Assembly: GCA_951406725.2 (NCBI GenBank)
Contig: OX597822.1
Location: 15,934,001 to 15,998,000 of the forward strand
DNA: 64,000 nt
Reading direction: 5' to 3'
Origin: Octopus vulgaris
Taxonomy: Eukaryota
The notes beneath the pieces are model-generated. The model worked only from the letters and a program-made list of their open reading frames with translations, was not told the origin of the DNA and made no database searches. The position numbers were made by a program, and so were the translations under genes. Positions 12,662-23,273 of the stretch are shown here, one piece after another; the stretch's first letter is position 1, and each line of letters opens with the position of its first letter.

Positions 12662-13193
12662 CTTCACCGACTGTGGAAGAATTCTTTAGATGTGCAACTG
12701 TTGGGAGGGCTGCTAAGTTGTTCAAATAGAAAAATGTCTGTACGTAGGATAATTAAGAATAATTTATAGTGGAACCCAGATTAATCATAAATTAAATGTC
12801 CGGACAAAAGAAACTCTACAAAGCCCAAGGGCCGCAATTATTCTCAATAACCAGCATCCAACAGTCTCATTCCTTAATTACTCGAATTTCGTCTCGATTG
12901 CTGTTGCCTTTGATGTGAAACTGCCAATAGATAATAATCGTAAAATGAACGTCTCGGGATGTGGTCTGAGGTCTGTCGACCACACGTCTGTAATAAGGGC
13001 TGTAATTAGGGATGTTAAAATACAGAATCCAAGCAGCAAATATATGTGAAACGCTGTGCATATTCCGTGTTGTTATCACTGTCCCTAATAAAAGTCTGCT
13101 ATTATCACTGATTATATTTATTTACGTAAAATTCTTCAAAGTTTGAAATGTGCAGGAATTTAACGTTGTCTCAAGCTATGTATCTTCCTCATC

Positions 13194-13246
<53 letters not shown>

Positions 13247-14078
13247 CCAGTAGCACGCACACATACACACACACACGCACACACACATACACATTCCTGA
13301 ACATCTTCACTCTGGCGGACCTTCGTGGATAATTCAGAAAGTGGTTGTAGCGATACAAGTGCATTGTAGTCAGAAGACACAAGATCGAAGGCAGTTAGAT
13401 TGGTTAGATATGTGGCCGATTGACTAACAAATAACGAAATTATACTGGACCACTGCGTGTGAAGTAACCTTCCCAAGGTTCTTACACGGATGTTACTGTT
13501 TGCAGCATGCATCTCCTTATACATAAATTTAATTGTGGCAAATTTCCGTGATAAGATTGGGATTAATAATGTAGTTATGAGATAGTAATGATGGCGTAAT
13601 GACCCTTTCAATACACAACAAAAAGTATATCTATCTATCTATCTATTTATCCTTCTGCCTGTCTGTCTGTCTAGTGATCTATATTTATGTATATTCCGGT
13701 TCTACATTTGTGGTCTGAATTACACTGGTCTCTCTTTCCTTTTCTCTCTGCATATGTATATATAAATATACATATATATGTATGCCACAAGGGTCCTTTG
13801 AATCAACAGCAAATAGAATCTACGTCTCCACACTTTCCATTTGTAATGACAAAATATGAACTCCTATTGGAATTTGCATACCATGGACAAGAATCATTTC
13901 CACCACTTCTACACAGCACTTTCCTTGGATAATGAAACTGCAGCTACAACATCCTCCATATATTGTTACTTTTACTTTTATTCTCTTATTTCCCTTTATA
14001 CTTCCTATATCCACCCTTTTCCAACATAACTCTTTATATTGAACTCTACTATTTCCCTCTATTTAACCATCTCACATC

Positions 14079-14126
14079 GCCTCTGATGAAAGGATATCCC
14101 TAATATACCAGGAACAGCTGTAAGAC
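14079..14126 (+). ncRNA. Minimal hammerhead ribozyme motif (PLE pLTR type), probably decayed
   Basis: GCCT-CTGATGA-AAGGATAT...ATACC-A-GGAA-CAGCTG-TA-AGAC, with an intact CUGAUGA and a palindromic helix III (CAGCUG). GAAA is mutated to GGAA. Confidence 0.65.
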
Positions 14127-14192
14127 TAACTTTCGCTCAATAGATGTTCTGAAGATTCCACGCAGCCTTGGCTTTGTGGTCTCATGTTATTT

Positions 14193-14287
<95 letters not shown>

Positions 14288-14290
14288 TAT

Positions 14291-14511
14291 ATTTAAAAAC
14301 AGCAGAAATATAACAAAAGCTATTACTCAGAGTTTCACGTTCCCGTTCGTCGGACAGTTTTGTTACCAAAACTGTCCGACGAACGGGAACGTGAAACTCT
14401 GAGTAACAGTTTTCGTTATATTTTTGCTGCTTTTAAATAAATCATGTTACTCTACCTCTGGTATTTCAGTGCTCTTTTTTCCACCTTGTTTCACATTTAT
14501 GTGCTTACTCC

Positions 14512-14513
<2 letters not shown>
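14291..14513. mobile_element. Penelope-type pseudo-LTR fragment with inverted duplication carrying two hammerheads
   Basis: Perfect 40-bp arms 14323-14362 and 14367-14406 with a 4-nt spacer, extending imperfectly to about 14291/14438. Each arm contains ACTGT-CCGACGA-ACG(GGAA)CGT-GAAA-CTCTGAG-TA. Confidence 0.75.
14371..14410 (+). ncRNA. Minimal type I hammerhead ribozyme (U4C core variant), mirrored on the minus strand at about 14319-14358
   Basis: Stem I ACTGT/ACAGT, core CCGACGA, stem II ACG/CGT with a GGAA loop, GAAA, stem III CTC/GAG, GUA cleavage triplet. Confidence 0.75.
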
Positions 14514-14573
<60 letters not shown>

Positions 14574-15399
14574 TCTTTGTATTTTTATACATTGTACGAA
14601 ATTGTAGTATTCATACATTGACAAGCCAGGAACCCAGAAATATATACATATATACACGTATCAATATTAATGGATTTCAAGATGTGTCTGCATGCTGCGT
14701 CGACAGATGATATTGAAGCCCCCACATGCCATTGCAATATCTGAGCCATTGGCCACGTGGTATTTCCTGTAGCCTCATACATTATATGGATGGAACTGCG
14801 TAAATGAAAGCAACAGAAACATGTCAGATTGATTGCGTCTTCGGTTTAAAATACAGACACGTTTGCACCATGAGTTACACTAAAAGTGCTACAAGGGTAC
14901 GACAATCGTAATGTTGATTCTATGAGTGGCCATGAAATTCAATTGAAGAAATAGTTGAGTAAACATCGCCATGACCGCTGCCGATCCATCCGTGCAACCC
15001 ACACACATGCACACAGAGATATGCAAACATACGCCTCCAAACACATATATATATATATATATATAAAATTAGGGTTAAGCAACAGGCTGCTTAACCACAT
15101 ACCGAAAATTTAGAAATAGCAGCCAAAGACCGTTTATTCCTATTTACTACAGATACAGCTCCACATATAACATTACTTGTAACTCACATAGGCAAAAAGA
15201 AGGCAAATAACGAAATCAAAGAGTCTTCGGTCACTTGTGGACGCCTTTCTGGTTTAGAATTGTAAAGAACATATATTCACATATATATATATATATATAT
15301 TGGTAAAAAAGGTAAGATAATAAAAGAAAGAAAGAGACCTCAATATCATGTAAATAGAGGAAATTTATCTGTAAATTAATATGTTACCATTATTCAATA

Positions 15400-15476
15400 G
15401 CCAAGATGAAACTCTGAGTTTCGGATGCCGGGGGTGGGGGGTGGAACCCACAACACCATCTCTTCGGTTATCTGGC
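15400..15476 (-). ncRNA. Type I hammerhead ribozyme motif (U4C core variant)
   Basis: Minus strand: GCCAGATAA-CCGAAGA-GATG...CATC-C-GAAA-CTCAGAG-TT-TCATCTTGGC. Stems I, II and III all pair. Confidence 0.65.
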
Positions 15477-16144
15477 CATCTGAAAAACGCTATGAAAAAA
15501 GACCGTTATACAAAGGGAAATTACTTTGTTATAATTCCGCTACTTATATAAATTAAGGTTAAAAGTTCATAGTAAACACGTAAGCATGGCTACTCATACG
15601 CTCATAAGTGCGCTCGCGCATCCACGTGCGTACGTATACGTCACTATGAACACGTACACATCTTCACTCGCATTTTTCACCAAATGTATACACACATATA
15701 TACAAACTCATACACACACACACGCATACCGCAAAGGTTCATACATACGTCTATATACGCACAAGCACAAGAAAAAACATGGTTAAATGTAACAATACAG
15801 AAAAAACATAAGGAAATATACAAAGCGTAAAACCACATTCATATACGGACATGCCCTTATGCACGCATACACACACACACGTCCATATATGTACATACCC
15901 GCACATGTTTATATACGCATACATACCCACGCATACACAAAAAAAGAATATACAAACGCCCCCCCCCCCCAAAAAAAAAAAAACCCGGAAAAATTGTAAA
16001 AATAATAAGTAAAAACGTCTATATATATGTGTGTATTCTTATGCCTGCACACATCTATATACATACGCATCCGCCCACTCATACATATTCACACACGTGT
16101 ACAAATGAATCTATATACACATCTATATAGGCACAGGAAAAAAT

Positions 16145-16495
16145 GCAGGATCCACGTATTTCTTCGTCGAAACGGTGTCTTTAGTGGTTATAGAGTCCAC
16201 GGTAGCTTCATAGATGATGGTCTCGGACATGCAAGCTCCATTTAGCGGGCACAATTTTTTATTGCTGCATGAACAGCTGTTTTCTTGTGGTTTTTGTGTG
16301 TTATGTGTGATTATATTTCTAAAATTGGTAGTTGAACTAAAACTAATTTCTAGATTGTGTTTATTGAAGAGTTTCCTATAAATATGATTAACTGGAAAAT
16401 GTCTATTTATCAATGTTAAGAAATATTTACCTATATTGAAGGTCACCTTGGATGAGTAAGGGGGTATAAACCAGATGATCTTCCTAGTTCTATTT
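16145..16495 (-). pseudogene. Penelope-like retroelement fragment (RT-to-GIY-YIG linker and endonuclease start)
   Basis: RTRKIIWFIPPYSSKVTFNIGKYFLTLINRHFPVNH...CSCSNKKLCPLNGACMSETIIYEATV...KKYV matches the PLE pattern IIWFNPP...CxCxxKxxCPLxGxC...(V/I)Y..YIG. Confidence 0.8.
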
Positions 16496-18044
16496 AGTTA
16501 AAAATATTAGTAAGAGAAATTCTAGCCCCAGTATATAAACAGGCCTTGAAAGATATATATATGTGTGTGTGTGTTTATACATATATACATATATATTTAC
16601 GCTGGTGTTTGAGCGTAAGGGTATTTTTCATAATTATACATATACAAATGCACGTGTATGTGTATTCATGTATATATAGAGGATCTATTTGAAGTTGCAT
16701 TAGCAAATTTATTGTTACAATCATCGTGAGAGAGAAAGCTAATTATTACGTGCAGAATGACCTACTGGGAGAAATGCTAAAATGAACGAATATTATCGGT
16801 GATCATCCCCTACCTCTATCATTTAAACATGATAATTTCACTGCTACCTATTAATTGCATTTGCTATTTATAATCAGTAAGCACATAACAACAGCAATAT
16901 ACATAAAATTTGATACACTGAATCGTTGCGTTCTATTACAAAGATCAATGTGATTAGATCTAAAAGGCCGTATCGATCGACATCACTATTGTTTGATGAG
17001 GAGGTGTACGGATCCATCGTTGAATTAATCAAGGCTAGTTGAGAAGAAGTATATACAGGATCTTTTCCTATAATCTATAAACGTAGCAGAGTGCAATTTC
17101 ATATACATTATATTACCTTTCGTTCAATATTTGCTTTTGCACGAAAAGCAAACACTTCCGTTCATGCTTGTTCTGTGGTTGTTGTTGGTTCTGATACGAA
17201 AGTTCGTGTTACGTAACATCTATAATGCAGTTAGGAGTAATACCCTTAATTGAACTTGTAAAATATTTCCTTTATATTTTCTTTTTCTACAATATAAATT
17301 CTCGGAATCGTAATAGAATTTTAAATATATTAATTATATTGTTTAAATTGTTACAAATTAAGGTGCTTATCAGCTTTTTGCGAACCATGCGTATATTACA
17401 ACATACACGCAACGGAGAGTTTAGGGATGTTTGTCGTTATCTTTGCAATGCGTTAATATCTTTGCATGTGTCATATATCGTAAACGGTTTATCAAATTAT
17501 CTCATGAAGCCTTTAAGTACACGATACTATTCTATTCACATCAACCCATTTTCTGTGTACATACGTGTAGGAACGTGCTATTATGGCTTTACGTGTGTTG
17601 ACATTACTAAATGCTAACATTTCATCAGTTCGTGTAAACATATATTTACACAAAATGTCGCGCAAGTAAACATATGCAGTCTATACACACGTGTACATGC
17701 ATATTATGACTTCAGATTCCATAGACACACGAGAAGGATACACAGGTATATAAAAAAAAATCAACATTCGAAAGAGATGCACAAAGAAATCTATGATCGA
17801 TCGATGTATATTATACAATAAATACACGATGTATATATGAACTTATGTACACAAGCGCACATATACATAAGCACACATTTATAATTGTACTCATGCACAT
17901 GTTGGCAAACACTCGCCTACATACGCTCGCACACATGTACACAGAGTTGCATATTTGTGTATGCGCGTGCGCGTGAATACAGCTAATATTTATATAGATG
18001 CGTACATATTATATATAAATATATGTATGCGTGTATATAGAGGC

Positions 18045-18096
<52 letters not shown>

Positions 18097-18134
18097 CATG
18101 CAATGCCTCTTTATTCCCATATTTCTATACTGAC

Positions 18135-18320
18135 AGTGCATAGGTTAGTAGATAGAGTATACAGTTCACGGTCGTGCGGTTGTGAGTTCGATTCCTTGCG
18201 GCGCATAGTGCCCTTGAGCAAGCCACTTTATTTTACGTTACTCCAGTTCACTCTTGTGGCAACAATGAGAAGTCCCCTCGATTGCAATGGATCAGCCTTG
18301 TCACGTGCTGTGTTTGCACG
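18135..18320 (+). mobile_element. Degenerate tRNA/CORE-type SINE (family C-related)
   Basis: GAGTTCGATTCC B box and CCCTTGAGCAAG. CAGCCTTGTCAC is shared with the 33346 and 58181 copies. Confidence 0.65.
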
Positions 18321-18437
18321 CATCTTGCCCGTACTTTTAAACATTTTACAGCTTCATAACATAGAACGAAGCATTGGTCTACTTAACATCTCTTAGAAAT
18401 GCTGAAGACTTAACAAAACAACCATATAAACACCTTT

Positions 18438-18510
18438 CATATAGCGTAATGGTTAAGAGCGCGGGTTACTAATCCCAAGATTGCGAGTTCAATTCCAGGC
18501 AGTGCCTTGG

Positions 18511-18559
<49 letters not shown>

Positions 18560-18762
18560 TAGTAATAATATCATCAAAGAATATGTTAGAAATGAGAACC
18601 CAAGGTTGGGAGCAAAATTCAACCAGGACACCTGATGATGCCTGAAGAGTAAATCAGCCGAAACGTTGTGTTAACAACAAACAAGATGAGGGCACATATC
18701 CGTCTAATGTGAAAAATATAAATAATGAACATAATTCCTCATCTCAAAACTGTAGAACAATA
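18438..18762 (+). mobile_element. tRNA-headed element: Pol III head + (AAT)n + hammerhead + tail
   Basis: TAGCGTAATGGTTAAGAGCGCGGG (A box)...GAGTTCAATTCC (B box), (AAT)n at 18511-18570, hammerhead at 18628-18671, and a downstream GATGAGG/CCTCATC inverted pair. Confidence 0.75.
18628..18671 (+). ncRNA. Minimal type I hammerhead ribozyme
   Basis: ACAC-CTGATGA-T-GCCTGA(AGAGTAAA)TCAGCC-GAAA-CG-TT-GTGT, with a canonical core, stem I ACAC/GTGT, stem II 5/6 paired and palindromic helix III AACGTT (dimer type). Confidence 0.8.
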
Positions 18763-19148
18763 CTTATATTTCACCCTAGCTCAGTCATATCTCCGCTCAC
18801 TTGACATGTCTTTCCGTTTCACACACTGAATTGGCACAGAATTTATGCAAAGCTCTTCCGTCTAATTACCTATGATCACCACAACGGGTATGCCAACACT
18901 ATGCATGAAAATGTATAAGTATATACATGTAAATATGTATGTGTGTGTATGCCTACACATTTCCGTGTGTGTCTATGTGTGGGAATGTGGGTGTATGTGT
19001 GTGTGTGCGCACGCGTGTGTATACCGAAAAAACTCCTTAAAATCTCAAACTCTAGTCATTCCTTTCCAGGGTCTCACTTAGCCCACCTCCATGTAATTGA
19101 CGCGTTGGGATTATAGTCCTGCACACCTGGACAGTCATATATTATTAT

Positions 19149-19179
<31 letters not shown>

Positions 19180-19180
<1 letters not shown>

Positions 19181-19590
19181 TTATTGAGTGAGATTGCAGT
19201 GCATGTCATCAAAGTGAAACTGGAGTATAACATACGAAAAGCAGTACACCCATCATGACTGCCCATCTGATAAGGGTACACATGCATTACAACCATATGT
19301 GTGCCACACAGTTATCTCATATCAAGATAAACACTGCATGACCTTGTACGTGGTGTCCAATTACTATCTTCTTCAGGTTGAGTGGCCCATCCCGCTCAAA
19401 AAGTCCTTGAATAAGGCTTGTTTAAGTATGTTGATTAAAAAAAAACCATGTTTCCAAAGGTAATTTATCTAAACCCGAAACATTTCCTCGCAACACATGG
19501 CTATGGTGCTCCCCCACTACTTCTGCTCGTGATCAGAGATTCACATTTCGTCAGCCACTAAGGGAATGCTCAACTGGTTAAGGTCAAGCA
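19180..19590 (-). mobile_element. Interspersed repeat of unknown class, possibly a LINE 3' UTR with a (TAA/TAC)n tail
   Basis: GC-richer block abutting a (TAG/TAT)n tract at 19141-19185. It has no ORF and its class cannot be determined. Confidence 0.35.
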
Positions 19591-20351
19591 ATTTCGTGTA
19601 TAAACAGCCGAAATTGCAAAGCTAATCTGGAACTCGACTGAGGAAAGAAAACTCCGAATGACCCATCCTTGTTTTTTCTTGTCTCTTTTTCGTATCATCT
19701 GTCTGGATGTTTTGCATCCTTGTCCCGTTTTTTTTTGTATTCCTTAAAGTTTTAAAATTCATTAAAGATTATCTTTTGTACGTCCGAACAGAGAAAACTT
19801 TAGTGTTTTTAGAATAAAACGGATGTCTACATTTTCGAATACTCAGGGAGTAAGGAAAGGATAGGTATTCACAGAAGTTGTAGATATTGTCTTTTTTTTG
19901 CGTCTGATCGTAGAAACTGCAACCAGACAGAGGAATAACATTTGTAGGAAAGAAAGAAGTACAATACACACTCCTCAGTGAGATATCAAACCACAGAGAA
20001 TGCACAACTTCTTGCCATGGAACAGAAATCAAACAGAAATTAATTAATTAAGCTAAATCACCACAAAAATAAATATATAAATCGTGAAGTTAAAAAGAAG
20101 AAAACGACTAATACCACATTTCTCTTCAGGTGGTTGCTTCTAGGACTGCCTTTTGCCCCATCCGGATATTTGTTGTATTTTTTAACACGGCATGTCCATA
20201 ATGAATATTATTTCTAGACAAATGTACAATAACTGACTTATCAGTAACGTATATACATTAAAAATACTTAGATACATATTGTAATTTAATACTGCGTGAA
20301 TTGTATATGCTGGATAATACATATATCATATATTGTATATGTATGTACATG

Positions 20352-20447
<96 letters not shown>

Positions 20448-21184
20448 TATATGGTTTCATTATGGCATGCACTGAATCTGTTTTATTATGTAACCAGTAA
20501 GAAATATGTGATCGAGTACGAAGTAAAATATACGTAAAACACACCAATGTAAATAATAGGCTCTCGTCTAAATATAAGATCATCGTTTTGATGTAATTTG
20601 CTGTAGATGAAAGAAATTATTTTGCTTTGTGCTTATGTGTTTCTTCGTGTATTCCTATTGTATTTCGATTCATATGTAACTAATGTGAACTATAATGTAG
20701 CTTATATCTCATTCAACATTAAAAAGCTAACAAAATCTTTAGTAGTGCTACATCACGTATTTAATATCCGAGTTATTTATGAACAAAGCGAATATTTGTA
20801 AAACAAAGAATACCATTTTTCTTTTTTACCTTACGTAGTAATCAATGATAATCATTTGAAACTGCCAGCCTTCAGTAGTTTCTAAGATACTTGAGTAAAC
20901 ACACAAGCAATGAATGAAACAAACACACGTGACTTAACAATGGCTTCTAAACTTTTTGTGTTGGCTATCTTTGATCATAAAATCATAGAGAGGTGTCAGA
21001 TATCGATGAGGCTCAAGTGTGTGGTCTAATGTGATTATATAACTAATATTCCGTTTAGAGGAAATTCTATCTAAAAGATATTGATCTTTATAAGAATATT
21101 GTTTGCTAATGAAGAGCTGTACAACCGGTCATTTGTTGGATAGACATAGCAAACACATTATTAAAGCATTCCATGTATTTTGGC

Positions 21185-21808
21185 CAGAGGTTCTGAAACT
21201 CTATGAGCCACCGGCCACCCCAATTTTTATGTATAAATAATTTTTTTTATATTCTACTAATCCATCTTTACTACGAATCACTTTATATTTAATATAATTT
21301 ATATGCAATACTATTCTTTTACTCTTTTACTTGTTTCAGTCATTTGACTGCGGCCATGCTGGAGCACCACCTTTAGTCGAGCAAATCGACCCCAGGACTT
21401 ATTCTTTGTAAGCCTAGTGCTTATTCTATCGGTCTCTTTTGCCGAACCGCTATGTTACGGGAACGCAAACACACCAGCATCGGTTGCCAAGCGATGTTTT
21501 TTTTTGGGGGGGGGGGACTCAGACACACATATACACTCACAAGGCTTTGGTTGGCCTGAGGCTATAGTAGAAGACACTTACCCAAGGTGCCACGCAGTGG
21601 GAATTAACCCGGAACCATGTTGTAGGTAAGCAAGTTACTTATTACAGCCACTTCTACGCCTATAATAATATTATAATAAATTCATAGCGACCCCCAATTC
21701 ACTGCATTACACCCAACGCCTCCTTTTACTCATCCCTTAGGCACCAGCGCCCACCTGGACCGTCTCAAAGCCAACTGGTGGGCGGTAGCTCCCACTTTGA
21801 AACCTACG
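21185..21808. mobile_element. Possible hAT (Charlie-like) MITE, interrupted by a SINE
   Basis: Ends CAGAGGTTCTGAAACT and ACTTTGAAACCTACG resemble the CAGTGGTTCTCAAA/TTTGAGAACCACTG hAT termini. No clear 8-bp TSD. Confidence 0.45.
21321..21662 (-). mobile_element. SINE family A, internally deleted
   Basis: High identity to the 3101 copy, but the segment from the microsatellite to CACTCACAAGG is missing. Confidence 0.9.
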
Positions 21809-22646
21809 ATTTAGATTAAGAATAATAATACTAGTATCAATCAATTTAGGTAATTTTTTAGATAATACATTACAATTAAGCTCTGACAAGCACTAAAGAT
21901 GCAAAATGTCATGTGATATATATTTAGGATATTCTGTAATCTTCAAACGACTTTTAAAGGAAGTGAAATTTCTACTAAATGAATTTTGAGCTGCAGACAA
22001 AATGCTTATGTGTGAGACATCAAATTATTTAGGCGATGTCAGTAATCAAAATATTTCACAAGTGTCTCTTCTATACGTCATATAACCTCTTACATAACCT
22101 CAGTTGATCTTTCGATATGGGGCTCTCTAATTTCTTTATAAATTTCATCACCATGGTCGTAGAAATGTTAAACAAGCGTATGTTAAATTCGACTTCCATT
22201 GATGTCATGTGACAGACGCTCTCTGTCTTTCATTGAAGAAGTAAATTCAACATCACAGAAAATCGCTTCAACTGTACATAATTATTTGAGCATGGGTGGT
22301 TACTGTAAACTTGGTGTTGAGTGTTTAAGTATCAAATGTGGTTTCAACAAGGGTTGAGTGCTTCTTTTCAGAATATCTAGAGAAAGAAATATGGCGAAAA
22401 GCGTAAATATGTCTGTTATGTGGCTGTGTATGTATGTACAGAGAGAGAGAGAAAAATAGAAGAGTCTGTGTGTGTGAGAGAGAGAGATAGAGAGAGACAG
22501 GGAGGAGAGATGCGCGCGTGTGTAGTGTGTTTGTGTATGCATGTGTTTTTATGTATGCATAAGTATTATGACCATGTGTGTGTGTGCGTTCACGTATGTA
22601 TATGTATATCTATCTATATGTATGTGTGTGTTTGTGTGCGTGTGTG

Positions 22647-22797
22647 TAGGGTGCAGGCATGAATCCATGGTAGGGTGCTTGCTTTCAAGCCTCGTGGCCT
22701 CGGGTTCAGGCCTACTCGGTGGCAAAATGAACAAGTATCTTTTACTATAGCCTCGTGAGTGGATTTCGCAGACGAAAACTAAATGAAGCCCCTTGTA
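22647..22797 (+). mobile_element. SINE family A 5' half (older copy)
   Basis: GGGTTCAGGCC B box...TACTATAGCCTCGTGAGTGGATTTCGCAGACGAAAACTAAATGAAGCCC. Confidence 0.7.
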
Positions 22798-22806
22798 TGC
22801 ATGCAT

Positions 22807-22868
<62 letters not shown>

Positions 22869-22885
22869 TTGTGTATACGTCATTA

Positions 22886-23120
22886 TTCTTTTACTTGTTT
22901 CATGACTGTGGCCATGCTGGAGCACCACCTATAGTCGAGCAAATGGACCCCAGGACTTATTCTTTGTAAGCCTAGTACTTATTCTAACGGTCTCTTTTGC
23001 CGGATCGCTAGGTTACGGGGACATAAACACACCACCATCGGTTGTCAAGCGATGTTAGGGGGACGAACAGATATACGAACGTATACTCACACATGCATTT
23101 ATACATACATACATACATAC

Positions 23121-23152
<32 letters not shown>

Positions 23153-23273
23153 ACGATGAGCTTCTTTCAGTTTCCGTCAACCAAATTCACTCACAAGGCT
23201 TTGGTCGGCCCGAGGCTATAGTAGAAAACACTTGCCCAAGGTGCCGGAACCATGTGGTTGGTAAGCAAGCTAC
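22886..23273 (-). mobile_element. SINE family A lacking its first ~25 nt and joined to a Tx1-like element
   Basis: Matches the 3101 copy up to GGTAAGCAAGCTAC (23260-23273), where the A-box part of the head is replaced by the 3' tail of the ORF1 element. Confidence 0.9.

Noticed and set aside
18441-18503. Functional tRNA gene
   Set aside because: Acceptor stem does not close properly and it runs into (AAT)n, so it was treated as a SINE-type head.
19630-19675. CTGAGGA...CCGAAT hammerhead-like motif
   Set aside because: No GAAA and no closing stem I or III.
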